14,868 nucleotides of DNA from the NCBI GenBank assembly GCA_041640575.1, contig JBEPZZ010000040.1, positions 1-14,868 of the forward strand. The letters are read 5' to 3'. A program made the translations under genes and the position numbers. Numbering within the stretch: the stretch's first letter is position 1; every line of letters starts with the position of its first letter. Source of the DNA: Pseudothermotoga sp. GTDB taxonomy: Bacteria; Thermotogota; Thermotogae; Thermotogales; DSM-5069. The notes under the pieces were generated by a model. That model searched no databases. It saw only the letters and a program-made list of their open reading frames with translations, and had not been told where the DNA came from. Of the stretch, positions 1-9,059 are shown in pieces.

Positions 1-3
1 AAA

Positions 4-1248
4 TCACTCCCACAAATTGTACAGTTCTACATGTTCTCCTGCATAAACTCCTTCAACACCTCTTCGAATTCTTATTAAACCATCGGCCATAGCGAGATTT
101 GATAAACTACTGCTTTCACTGAACAAAGGCTCAGCAATTATTTCACCGTTTTCGTATGAAAGTTTGACTCTGACAAAATGCTCTCTTCCCTGAACAGATG
201 GTACATTCTTACTGATTCTCACAGTTCCACACGGAACTGGTAAATATGTTGCCTCACCTTCGAGTTTCCTTAGAACTGGCAACAAAAATACATAAGTACT
301 AACAACAAATGATACTGGATTACCAGGTAAACCTAGTATCGGCTTATCATCTATCAAACCAAATATGGTCGGTTTTCCTGGTTGAATCAAAGCACCATGA
401 TAAATTAACCCCGGGGACCCTAAACTTTGTATGACCTTTGCTGTAATATCTCTAACACCTATGGAGCTACCACCAGATATTACTATGGCGTCGTATTCTT
501 CTATGCACTGAACCAATATTTCCTTCAGAAAGATTTCATCATCTTTCACATGTGCTACTCTCTGCGCCTGAAGTCCATAGTGATTCCTTAACCAAGAGGC
601 TAAAGTGTAAGAATTGCTATCTCTTACTTCTGTCAATTGTTTTTGCTTAACGAAAGGTTCAACAATCTCGTCACCAGTGGATACTATCGCCACCTTTGGT
701 TTTCTGTAAACAGATAACTTCTGAACTCCAAGCGAAAAAAGGAGACTCAGATGTTTCAGCTTAATCCTTGTGCCTTTATGTATCACAATCTGCCCTTTGT
801 GCACATCCTCTTGAGCCTTCATAACATTCTCACCAGGTGCAGTGGATTTCATAATCTCTACAATCTTTCCAAATCTTTGGGTGTTTTCAACCATGACCAC
901 AGCGTCAGCACCTTCTGGTATCATGGCTCCAGTTGGTACCCACGCGGCTTCATTTGGCCTTAGGCTCGCTGGTGGCTTATCCCCTATCCTAACCTCGAAA
1001 GCAAAATCTAGTACCACTGGCATGATAGGCGAGGCGCCTTTCGTGTCGCGAGAATTCACAGCATAGCCATCGACAAGAGATTTGTCAAATCCAGGCAAGT
1101 CTTCCTCGGCTACAACATCAGAAAAAACAACTGACTTTATTGATTCTTGGGTTGGAACGTCAATAACTTGATCAATCGGGTTAATCATTGAAAGGTAGTT
1201 CTCGTATATTTCCTCAACTGTGGCAAATCTAAGCTGCTCCATTCTCAT
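4..1248 (-). CDS. moeA: Molybdopterin molybdotransferase MoeA (gephyrin-like, stand-alone)
   Basis: MoeA motifs FDKSLVDGYAV, TGAMIPEGADAVVMVE, STGDEI, DSNSYTL, SGGSSIG..D, PGKPT, LPGNPVS. The real start may be the second ATG at 1242, which is better spaced from the AAAGG upstream. The 5' end overlaps the end of mog. Confidence 0.95.
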   Translation of the reverse strand: MRMEQLRFATVEEIYENYLSMINPIDQVIDVPTQESIKSVVFSDVVAEEDLPGFDKSLVDGYAVNSRDTKGASPIMPVVLDFAFEVRIGDKPPASLRPNEAAWVPTGAMIPEGADAVVMVENTQRFGKIVEIMKSTAPGENVMKAQEDVHKGQIVIHKGTRIKLKHLSLLFSLGVQKLSVYRKPKVAIVSTGDEIVEPFVKQKQLTEVRDSNSYTLASWLRNHYGLQAQRVAHVKDDEIFLKEILVQCIEEYDAIVISGGSSIGVRDITAKVIQSLGSPGLIYHGALIQPGKPTIFGLIDDKPILGLPGNPVSFVVSTYVFLLPVLRKLEGEATYLPVPCGTVRISKNVPSVQGREHFVRVKLSYENGEIIAEPLFSESSSLSNLAMADGLIRIRRGVEGVYAGEHVELYNLWE

Positions 1249-1744
1249 GACCTTTCACCATATCAGCGCAATCTGTCATGGATCCTTTCAGCTTCTCGAT
1301 GGTATGCTTCAAAGCAGGAAGAATAACTTTCAAATTATCCTCAACGGCACTCGGACTACCAGGAAGATTTATAATCAAAGTTTTATCTTTGACTCCGGCA
1401 ACAGCTCGAGAGATCATAGCATAGGGTGTTTTTTTGAGTGACTCAACCATCATGGCTATTTCAAATCCATAGAGACGTTTTTCTATAACTTTCATAGTTG
1501 CTTCTGGAGTAACATCTCTTGGACTGACTCCCGTACCACCGGTTGTTATAACCAAATCGTAGTTATGATTGCACAAATTTGTTAGTTCTTCCACAATTAA
1601 ATCCATTTCATCGGGAAGGATTTTATAGTACGAAACTTTTATCTCAATTTTTTCCAGCATCTCTTTGATTAATTGACCACTTCGGTCAATCCTATCTCCC
1701 TTTGATCCTTTATCACTCAAGGTTATGACGGCTGCTTTGATCAT
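1229..1744 (-). CDS. mog: Molybdopterin adenylyltransferase, MogA/MoaB family
   Basis: Motifs ITLSDKG...DRSG, ILPDE, TTGGTGVSPRDVTPEAT, SRAVAG, NLPGSP. ATGA overlap with the upstream MoeA-PBP stop at 1741-1744. Confidence 0.93.
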   Translation of the reverse strand: MIKAAVITLSDKGSKGDRIDRSGQLIKEMLEKIEIKVSYYKILPDEMDLIVEELTNLCNHNYDLVITTGGTGVSPRDVTPEATMKVIEKRLYGFEIAMMVESLKKTPYAMISRAVAGVKDKTLIINLPGSPSAVEDNLKVILPALKHTIEKLKGSMTDCADMVKGHENGAA

Positions 1745-3666
1745 GCTAACTCACCACTCTTAATAATTTTACCAGCCTGGCTCAAATCGTATCCTTTGAG
1801 TTTCGAAGCAATATCAAAAAATTCTTTGGACAAAATTACATCAATCATTAGCTTAAACCTAGAATCATCCACAAATTCTGGAAGGATCAGTAAGTCATAT
1901 TCCTCCCAAAACAACGGAACAAAGTCAAGCCCAAAAATCTCGGCTGCCGCAGCGACGCCAAGACCAACGTCTGCTAGATTGTTTTTGATTCTAAGCGCCA
2001 AACCCAGATGAGTGAACTCTTCATCTTCGTACCCATTTATTTGACTAGTATCCAATCCAAGTTTTTGCAGATGATAATCCAGCAAGATCCTTGTTCCGGA
2101 GGCCTTTTGCCTGTTAACAAAGCGAACATCCTTCCTTGTTAAATCGCTTAGAGATTTTATGCCTTTTGGATTTCCCTTTTGTACTATCAGTCCCTGGTTC
2201 CTCCTAACTAACTTCATGAGAACGAATTCAGAAAGATACTTTCTCAGATATGGTATATTGTACTCACCAGTATTTACATCTAGGAGATGTATACCTGCTA
2301 TATGCGCTTGTTTCTTAGCTATCGCAAATAATCCACCCATGCTTCCAACATTGCTTATCGACATACTGATTGTGTAATCACGATTCTTAATTAGGTCAGC
2401 CAGAAACGATATTATTGGATCGTTGCTGCCTACAAAAAGGATATTTCTATCGATTTCTTCAATTGATTTGTAAGTTTCGACGGAATAGGTTTCTCCTTCT
2501 TCCAGAAGTTCTACACCTCGCGGGATAATTATCCTCCCGTCCATTTTTGCAAGAGGTTCCATAGGTGCGGCCCCACGTTTTAATGGGATGAAAAAGTACT
2601 TCCCATTGACCTTTCCAACACTAACACGTATTATTTCATCGTCAGAGATTGAGGATAGAATTCTTCTTGTGTTAAATGCGTAGATTCTCTCATTTTTTGG
2701 GAGCAAGAGTCTATTCTTTCTGAGGACAATTGGTTTCACTATTTCCTCGAGAACAACATAGCATGAGCCGGGATAACCAGGCAAAACGATCAATGGCTTT
2801 GCTGGAACAGTTTTGAGAACAGCCAAAAGAGCAGGTTTCCCAGGTCGAACGTTTATTCCATGAGTCACTATTTCTGCCATCTCCTCTGCGACTTGATGGG
2901 AGTAATCAAAAATACCTGCTGAAGACCCCGCGCTCAACAGTATAATATCGAAACTTGATGAAACTTCGCGGACTACTTTTTCAATAAGACCTAGATCGTC
3001 AGGTACCGGCTCCAGTATCTCTACGTCTACTCCAAAGTAAGACAGAAATCCCCTTATCATAACAGAATTGGTTTCCGGAATATTATAGATATTCGACACC
3101 TTCTCGGCTTCAACAATTTCTGTTCCGGTAGGTATTACACAAACCTTTGGTTTTTCTATAACTTCAACTTCAAACACTCCAGCAGCTAAGAGTAGGGCTA
3201 CATCTTGAGGCTTTAGCAAATGGTACCTCGTGAAAATCATGTCGCCCTCACATACATCTTCACCGATCATCCTCACATCGTGATATGGAGGAACAGGTTC
3301 ATAAATCTCAATAATGTTTTCATCTATAATATTCACATTTTCGATCATTATTACCGAGTCAAATCCAAGTGGCATCGGATTCCCAGTGTTAACAAAAATG
3401 AACTGTTCCTTGGTCAACCTTTTTGGTGCCGATTTCGTGGCTCCAACGGTTTCCCAACTTCTCACTGCCATACCATCCATTGCGGCACTAATAAAAGTTG
3501 GGACACTTCTCTTGGCAAAAACAGGCTTCGAAAGAATTCTATTTAAAGCATTTCTGGTCGAAATTAACTCTTCTTTTACCTCGAAAAAACCTAATTCTTC
3601 CAACGTTTTCATGTATTTTTGAACTGCGACATTAAGATCTGAACGGCGCAGGTATATCCTTTGCAT
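1741..3666 (-). CDS. moeA: MoeA fused to a C-terminal PBP/LysR substrate-binding-like domain
   Basis: N-terminal MoeA (SAAMDGMAV, NTGNPMP, PTGTEI, SAGSSAG..DY, PGKP, LPGYPGS) plus ~240 aa PBP-like domain (GSND, VGSMGGL, AGIHLLD, RNQGLIV..GNPKGI, FVNRQKASGTRILLD, EEYDL). GGAGG RBS upstream of ATG 3666. Confidence 0.93.
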   Translation of the reverse strand: MQRIYLRRSDLNVAVQKYMKTLEELGFFEVKEELISTRNALNRILSKPVFAKRSVPTFISAAMDGMAVRSWETVGATKSAPKRLTKEQFIFVNTGNPMPLGFDSVIMIENVNIIDENIIEIYEPVPPYHDVRMIGEDVCEGDMIFTRYHLLKPQDVALLLAAGVFEVEVIEKPKVCVIPTGTEIVEAEKVSNIYNIPETNSVMIRGFLSYFGVDVEILEPVPDDLGLIEKVVREVSSSFDIILLSAGSSAGIFDYSHQVAEEMAEIVTHGINVRPGKPALLAVLKTVPAKPLIVLPGYPGSCYVVLEEIVKPIVLRKNRLLLPKNERIYAFNTRRILSSISDDEIIRVSVGKVNGKYFFIPLKRGAAPMEPLAKMDGRIIIPRGVELLEEGETYSVETYKSIEEIDRNILFVGSNDPIISFLADLIKNRDYTISMSISNVGSMGGLFAIAKKQAHIAGIHLLDVNTGEYNIPYLRKYLSEFVLMKLVRRNQGLIVQKGNPKGIKSLSDLTRKDVRFVNRQKASGTRILLDYHLQKLGLDTSQINGYEDEEFTHLGLALRIKNNLADVGLGVAAAAEIFGLDFVPLFWEEYDLLILPEFVDDSRFKLMIDVILSKEFFDIASKLKGYDLSQAGKIIKSGELA

Positions 3667-3680
3667 TCTAATGCCTCCAT

Positions 3681-5387
3681 TTAATATTCTCTAACGAAAT
3701 ACGCATTAAAAACATATTCTTGAAGCATTCTGTGAGTGTTGAAAAATGACCCATTGATTGCTATAGCATATTTCATCATGTTGATGAACTTATTTCTCTC
3801 GTGGTAATAAGTAGGAATAACTGCTTTCTCGAGCTTTTCGTAAAGTAACATGGCATGTTTTTCAGTCGTCCCCTCATCTCCAGAACTGTTTCCTATGGCC
3901 CAACCAGTAATCCCTTCTATGCATCCTTCTATCCACCAACCATCAAGTACACTGAGATTTGGAACCCCATTTAATGAAGCTTTCATACCGCTTGTCCCCG
4001 ACGCTTCAAGAGGTGGTTGAGGAGTATTAAGCCAGATATCGACACCGGATGTTATCATTGCACCAAGCTTCATATTATAATTCGGCAGATAAACAATTGG
4101 AACATGCGGCCGCAAACTCTCTATGAATCTGTGGATTCTTTTTATCAATTGTTTTCCAGCTTCATCTCTAGGGTGTGCTTTTCCAGCGTAGATAATTTGT
4201 ATTTTTCCACTCTCTGAAGCAATTTTTTTCAACCTTTCAAGATCATAAAAAAGAAGATCTGCGCGCTTATACGTTGCGGCCCTTCTTGCAAAACCAATTG
4301 TCAAAACATTTTCATCCATACTAAAGCCACTGTTGGACTTTACATAGCTTAGAAGCCTTCTCTTGCAATCCATATGGGCTTCCCAAATTTCCTCATCTGG
4401 TATCGATAAGGCGTATCGCAAACTGAAATTATCCTGACGCCACATTGGTATGTATTTATCAAATAAACGTTTGAAGGGCTCAGAAGTCCAGGTTTCGGCA
4501 TGAACACCATTGGTGATGGAACTTATTTCGTAACCAGAGAACATCAATCTGGAGATTTCTCCGTGTTTCTTGGCAACACCATTTATATATCTGCTCATAT
4601 TCAAAGCCAAGTAGGTCATATTTAGGGTGCTATCGTAAACAACTTGTGGAAGTGAGAAGAAATCATCGCGTGGGCCAATTATCCTCCTTGCAAGTTCGAG
4701 TGGAAACTTATCATGACCAGCCGGCACTGGTGTATGAGTAGTGAACACACACTTACTCCGAACCGCTTCGATATGAGACTGTGAGATCAAGTTACTCAGA
4801 GTGTTTCTCAATTCCTCATCCAAAAGTTCAAGAGTCAACAGTGCGGAATGACCCTCGTTCATGTGAAAGGTTTGTATGTTGTTATAGCCAAGTGCCCTTA
4901 AAACTCTGACACCACCAATACCAAGAACAACTTCCTGACAAAGTCTATATTTTTCATCGCCTCCATATAGAAAGTCGGTCAATTTTCTATCATACTCGGC
5001 GTTCTCCTCCAAATATGTGTCCAAGAAATAAACCGGAACTATGTAACCGGTTATCCCAACGACATCGTATCTCCAGGCTCTAACATGAACCGTTCTGTTT
5101 TCTATCCTTACGCTTACTTTCACATCTTCTCTTGTGAGAAAATCCTCAAATGGCCATGGATCCGGATGTTCATACTGCTGACCATCCGGTGATAACTCTT
5201 GCATAAAGTAGCCATATCTGTGGAGGAGAGTTACAGCAACCATAGGAATTTCCAAATCCGCTGCGGATTTTAGAGTATCACCGGCGAGCACTCCCAACCC
5301 ACCACTGTACGTATGCATTCTCTCATCCAAGCCTATTTCCATTGAAAAATAAGCAATCTTTCTTTGACCGGGATTAATACTCGTCAA
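3681..5387 (-). CDS. glgP: Alpha-glucan (glycogen/maltodextrin) phosphorylase, short form, GT35
   Basis: [60 protein letters not shown], and the PLP-lysine motif EASGTSGMK. Start placed at TTG 5387 behind AGAGGTGG; the ORF-track ATG at 5420 has no evident RBS. Confidence 0.93.
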   Translation of the reverse strand: MTSINPGQRKIAYFSMEIGLDERMHTYSGGLGVLAGDTLKSAADLEIPMVAVTLLHRYGYFMQELSPDGQQYEHPDPWPFEDFLTREDVKVSVRIENRTVHVRAWRYDVVGITGYIVPVYFLDTYLEENAEYDRKLTDFLYGGDEKYRLCQEVVLGIGGVRVLRALGYNNIQTFHMNEGHSALLTLELLDEELRNTLSNLISQSHIEAVRSKCVFTTHTPVPAGHDKFPLELARRIIGPRDDFFSLPQVVYDSTLNMTYLALNMSRYINGVAKKHGEISRLMFSGYEISSITNGVHAETWTSEPFKRLFDKYIPMWRQDNFSLRYALSIPDEEIWEAHMDCKRRLLSYVKSNSGFSMDENVLTIGFARRAATYKRADLLFYDLERLKKIASESGKIQIIYAGKAHPRDEAGKQLIKRIHRFIESLRPHVPIVYLPNYNMKLGAMITSGVDIWLNTPQPPLEASGTSGMKASLNGVPNLSVLDGWWIEGCIEGITGWAIGNSSGDEGTTEKHAMLLYEKLEKAVIPTYYHERNKFINMMKYAIAINGSFFNTHRMLQEYVFNAYFVREY

Positions 5388-5424
5388 ACTAACCACCTCT
5401 GAATACGAAAAAGTTACCATGTAT

Positions 5425-5952
5425 TTATGTTTTTCTCTGAATTATTAATATCTCGGTATCTCCATATCTCTTTAATTTTACGGTTTCAAACTCCTCTGGA
5501 ACCGTGCAGTTTTCTTGCAGTGCTTTTTCAAGAATAATCAATTTACCAACATTTGATTTGGATGCCAAGATTTTTAGAAGTTCATCGATGTACATCAAGT
5601 TATAAGGCGGATCCGCAAAGACAATGTCGAACTCTTCAGAACAATTTCTCAGAAAAGGTCTAAAATCACTTCTAACAATTTTTAAGTTTATACCGCATTT
5701 TTCCGCATTTTTCAGCGCAGTGCTTAAAGCTTTTGGTGAAATATCCACGGCTGTAACACTCTTGGCTCCTCGGCTTATCGCTTCTATAGAAACTACCGCA
5801 CTACCACAAAAAAGCTCTAGAAAACTTTTTCCTTCAACGTCAACCATACTGAATATAGCTTGCCTTACCAGTGAAGTGGTGTATCTGGTTCTAGGATCTG
5901 GTACAGGCTTAACTACCCTCCCCCTCAAAAAACCACCAGTTATTCTGAGTAT
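5425..5952 (-). CDS. rsmD: 16S rRNA m2G966 methyltransferase RsmD family
   Basis: N-terminal [14 protein letters not shown] motif [34 protein letters not shown]. The frame extends 24 nt upstream of the ORF-track TTG (5928) to an ATA at 5952, preceded by AAAGGTTGGTGA; an in-frame TGA lies at 5961-5959. Confidence 0.88.
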   Translation of the reverse strand: MLRITGGFLRGRVVKPVPDPRTRYTTSLVRQAIFSMVDVEGKSFLELFCGSAVVSIEAISRGAKSVTAVDISPKALSTALKNAEKCGINLKIVRSDFRPFLRNCSEEFDIVFADPPYNLMYIDELLKILASKSNVGKLIILEKALQENCTVPEEFETVKLKRYGDTEILIIQRKT

Positions 5953-5969
5953 TTCGTATCACCAACCTT

Positions 5970-7220
5970 TCAATGAAGGTCTATAAATTCCTTATTTGCT
6001 TTTAGAATTTCATCAAGAAGTATCGGTGCCGTATCCCAGTCTGGTCCCAATGGATGAAGCAACATGGCTTTCAGAGCAATTTTTTTCGATGCGTTGAGGT
6101 GAGCTTTGATCGCCAGACGTTCGTACATCTTCACTAAATGAATCAAACCCACAGCAAACTCATCGGCCTCACCCAGGCACATCGGGAAAACTTTGTTTGC
6201 CTTGACAAAACACGGTATTTCCAAGACATAATCATGTGGCAGATTAGTCACAGCACCATTGTTGCGGGTGTTAACAATATGGATTGCTCCCGAGCCAATG
6301 GCTAGATCCCTTATCAAATGTGCGGCAGCTGTGGAGTACATACTCCCACCGCGAAGCATAAGCTCTGGCGGTACTGAGTCTGAATTTTTATATATCTCTA
6401 GCAGAGTTTTCTCTATTTGTTCAACCTTTCTAGCTCTTGTTCCGTCTATTTTCAGTTTTTCTATCATCTGTTTTTCCATCAAATAATACTTCAGATATGG
6501 ACTCGGATACAGTTCCAAACATTCGACCAGTTCTGCAGGAAAATCACCAGAAACATTGGCTAAATTCATCTTCAATTTTTGGAAAATTCTTTCTGTTAAA
6601 TCCTCCTTTTTTACAAATATCCTCTCAAGAAAAGTCAAATGATTCAAACCATAATATTTCACAAAGATATCCGAAATCTGGCAACCAATGATTTCACTTA
6701 AGGTCTTTAGTAAATTTATTGGTATGTTGCACAAACCTATAAATCTTTCAAATTTGAGGTAGTTAATTACAAATTCAGTTATGTGGCCACTGGGGTTGGT
6801 GAAATTTATAACAACAGCTTTGCTGTGCTTTTCAACCAATTCAATATATTTCCTGATGATCGGGAAGGCCCTCAGTGCAGCCGAAAATCCACCTATTCCC
6901 GTCGTTTCCTGCCCCAGTAAACCGTAATTCAAGGGTATTTCTTCATCGTTGATCCTTCCAGAAAGCATACCAGGTCTAAATTGGAACACAACATAATCGG
7001 CTCCATCAAAAGCTTCGATTGGATCGAAGGTTTTTTGCAGCATAAAAGCTTCTCTAACCATTTTTTTGACGAACTGGAAAACATTTTCAAACTTAGTTTC
7101 ACTATCCTTCAAATCTAGGAGCGTGACATTTTCAATCTTAACCTCGTTGCTTATCTCCAGCAAGCCTTTTATCAGCTCTGGAGTATATGTACTCCCGCCA
7201 CCAACAATGGCAATTTTCAT
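5970..7220 (-). CDS. bglT: 6-phospho-beta-glucosidase, glycoside hydrolase family 4 (NAD+/Mn2+-dependent; BglT/ChbF-like)
   Basis: KIAIVGGGSTYTPEL, FQFRPG, GQETTGIGGF, NFTNPSG, GLCNIP, YYGLNH, RGGSMYS, NTRNNG. Closely resembles T. maritima BglT as I recall it. GGAGGTG RBS; ATGA overlap with the kinase stop. Confidence 0.93.
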   Translation of the reverse strand: MKIAIVGGGSTYTPELIKGLLEISNEVKIENVTLLDLKDSETKFENVFQFVKKMVREAFMLQKTFDPIEAFDGADYVVFQFRPGMLSGRINDEEIPLNYGLLGQETTGIGGFSAALRAFPIIRKYIELVEKHSKAVVINFTNPSGHITEFVINYLKFERFIGLCNIPINLLKTLSEIIGCQISDIFVKYYGLNHLTFLERIFVKKEDLTERIFQKLKMNLANVSGDFPAELVECLELYPSPYLKYYLMEKQMIEKLKIDGTRARKVEQIEKTLLEIYKNSDSVPPELMLRGGSMYSTAAAHLIRDLAIGSGAIHIVNTRNNGAVTNLPHDYVLEIPCFVKANKVFPMCLGEADEFAVGLIHLVKMYERLAIKAHLNASKKIALKAMLLHPLGPDWDTAPILLDEILKANKEFIDLH

Positions 7221-8182
7221 AAAAGCACCTCCAGCTGCTTTAAGAGGCTCTCTATAACCTGTTTACTTGGCTTGTAGTGAATCCTTTCATAAGCAAGTAG
7301 AATTGCACCAAAAACTGGCGGGTGCTTTGGAACAATTAACTTGTAATCTTTTCCAACTGCAGATTCTATCATTTTCAAAAGAATTGAAGGTGAATTCTTG
7401 AAAAAACTCCCTTCTAGAACTAGCTTTATGGGAGTTTTCAAATCCAGAGTCCTTCTGAAGGCATTTACAATTTTGACAATCTCTAGAACGATCTCACCAA
7501 GTATTCTCAGAGCAACATGGTCAAACTGGCTGGCTGCTTCGAAAAGCGTTTTGATGAGTTCAACTGCGTATTTTCTAAAGTTTTCAGTTCCACTTTCCTC
7601 ATACTCATAGTGCATTATGTTCTCAATAGGTTCACCAATCTTACTTTCAAAAATTTCTTTCATTATGGTTGACTCGTCCCTACCATCTTTTGCTCTCACA
7701 ATTGCAGAAGCTACCCGTCCAGCAATCAAGTATGAACCTAGCCTCTCTCCAAAGAATCCGGAGAAACCTCCGATTCTAAGAATCTTCTTCCCATCTGAGG
7801 CAAAATTTATTCCTCCTGTTCCACAGCTTATCATTATTCCAATATCATCCAAAGTCCCAGATCTCAGAGCTATTCTTCCATCATTGTCAAAATCATAATT
7901 CAGTAAGCCAAGTCTTGCTAGTATACTCTTGACTATTTCGATCTCGTATTGACTATCTGCTCCCGCAAACCCGAAGAAAGCATATGTAAGATCGTCCTTC
8001 CTAAGGTTGCACCTGTCCAGCACTTGCTGTACTGCTTGGTTTAAAACTTGGACAGATCTCTCAATCCCAATTGATTGATAATTTGCTCCTTGAGTTTTCA
8101 AGAATGAAAGAATTTTACCTTGTTCGTCGACCAAGATCAAATCTGTTTTAGTCCCCCCAACATCTACACCAAGAAAATACAG
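7217..8182 (-). CDS. BadF/BadG/BcrA/BcrD-type (NagK-like, ASKHA) sugar kinase
   Basis: Extending the ORF-track frame upstream gives CTG-YFLGVDVGGTKTDLILVD, the phosphate-1 loop. Also GAN, GFAGAD, NDGRIAL, SCGTGG, LEGSFF. GAGGAGG RBS lies just upstream of CTG 8182. Confidence 0.9.
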   Translation of the reverse strand: MYFLGVDVGGTKTDLILVDEQGKILSFLKTQGANYQSIGIERSVQVLNQAVQQVLDRCNLRKDDLTYAFFGFAGADSQYEIEIVKSILARLGLLNYDFDNDGRIALRSGTLDDIGIMISCGTGGINFASDGKKILRIGGFSGFFGERLGSYLIAGRVASAIVRAKDGRDESTIMKEIFESKIGEPIENIMHYEYEESGTENFRKYAVELIKTLFEAASQFDHVALRILGEIVLEIVKIVNAFRRTLDLKTPIKLVLEGSFFKNSPSILLKMIESAVGKDYKLIVPKHPPVFGAILLAYERIHYKPSKQVIESLLKQLEVLL

Positions 8183-8194
8183 GATGATCCCTCC

Positions 8195-8947
8195 TCAAAA
8201 TTCGGTAAATTCCGCAAAAACATGCAGAGCTATTGGAGGAAGAACTTTTAAAGGCTCAACGATGCCCTGGATGCCATATGCAAACGATCGTTTTAGAAAA
8301 TAGCTTGCTAACATGTTTAGGGTATTATCATCGAATTGCGTTCGATGGCACGATAAAGCTTGCATCTTCACATGGAAATGTTCTTCACTTATCTCAATAA
8401 AAACATTTGGTTTTAAGGTATTGAAAAAACCAACTAACTTAATTGTCTCATCGCATGTACCAGGAAGAGCTTTTGGAAGCCTATAAAAGAATGCTGCTTG
8501 AGCTGCAGCCATGCCACACTTCAAATGATCTGGATGAACCTCATAAAACATGAATGGATCAACTGTTAAAAGCATGTCCGGCTTGCTTTTTCTTATAATT
8601 TCGATTAATTTTGTTCTTACTTCTTCTACAGTATAATCACCTAGATCCTCGTATCCAAGCCAGATAAGTTCTGAAACGCCAAGAACTTCCGCAGCTTTCT
8701 CTTGTTCACGTTTTCTTGCCTCAGCCAGTTTAGAACCTATTTGTGATTCATCCAAAGTTCCTGCCCCTCCGTCGGTAACAGTTACATAGGTTATTCTTGT
8801 ACCTTGCTTCGCTAACTTCGCTACTGTACCACCTATTGAGAGATCTATATCATCAGGGTGTGGCTGAACACACATAACATTGCGCATTTCTTCAATTTTA
8901 GGTAGGCTAAGGAAATTTGGGAGAAGGTTCTTTGCAAAATTTGCCAT
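8195..8947 (-). CDS. PIG-L/LmbE-family Zn-dependent N-deacetylase, resembling archaeal diacetylchitobiose deacetylase (Dac)
   Basis: QPHPDD, GGTVAKL, TDGGAG, RKREQEKAAEVLGV, DPFMFYEVHPDH, HRTQF. AAGGAG RBS upstream of ATG 8947. Confidence 0.9.
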   Translation of the reverse strand: MANFAKNLLPNFLSLPKIEEMRNVMCVQPHPDDIDLSIGGTVAKLAKQGTRITYVTVTDGGAGTLDESQIGSKLAEARKREQEKAAEVLGVSELIWLGYEDLGDYTVEEVRTKLIEIIRKSKPDMLLTVDPFMFYEVHPDHLKCGMAAAQAAFFYRLPKALPGTCDETIKLVGFFNTLKPNVFIEISEEHFHVKMQALSCHRTQFDDNTLNMLASYFLKRSFAYGIQGIVEPLKVLPPIALHVFAEFTEF

Positions 8948-9029
8948 TTGGTCACGCTCCTTTTCAAGACGCTATATTATCCTATTTCTCAAAAGAATTA
9001 TGCCACAAAGCAACGAGTTTGGCTTGATC

Positions 9030-9035
9030 TATAAT
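9030..9035 (+). promoter_or_regulatory. Putative -10 box (TATAAT) for the LtaS-like gene
   Basis: Perfect TATAAT followed by GGGAGG at 9041-9046. No convincing -35 element. Confidence 0.4.
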
Positions 9036-9059
9036 ATCATGGGAGGTTCAGCAAGAAAG

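Noticed and set aside
751..7898. Many short plus-strand ORFs (e.g. 751-963, 842-1066, 3220-3546, 3314-3622, 5624-5986, 7617-7898)
   Set aside because: Antisense shadows of well-supported minus-strand genes, with no motifs or RBS.
8880..9038. 5' extension of the LtaS-like ORF in the ORF track (648 aa)
   Set aside because: Overlaps the start of the divergent deacetylase and its promoter region; the -10 box and RBS lie downstream at 9030-9046.
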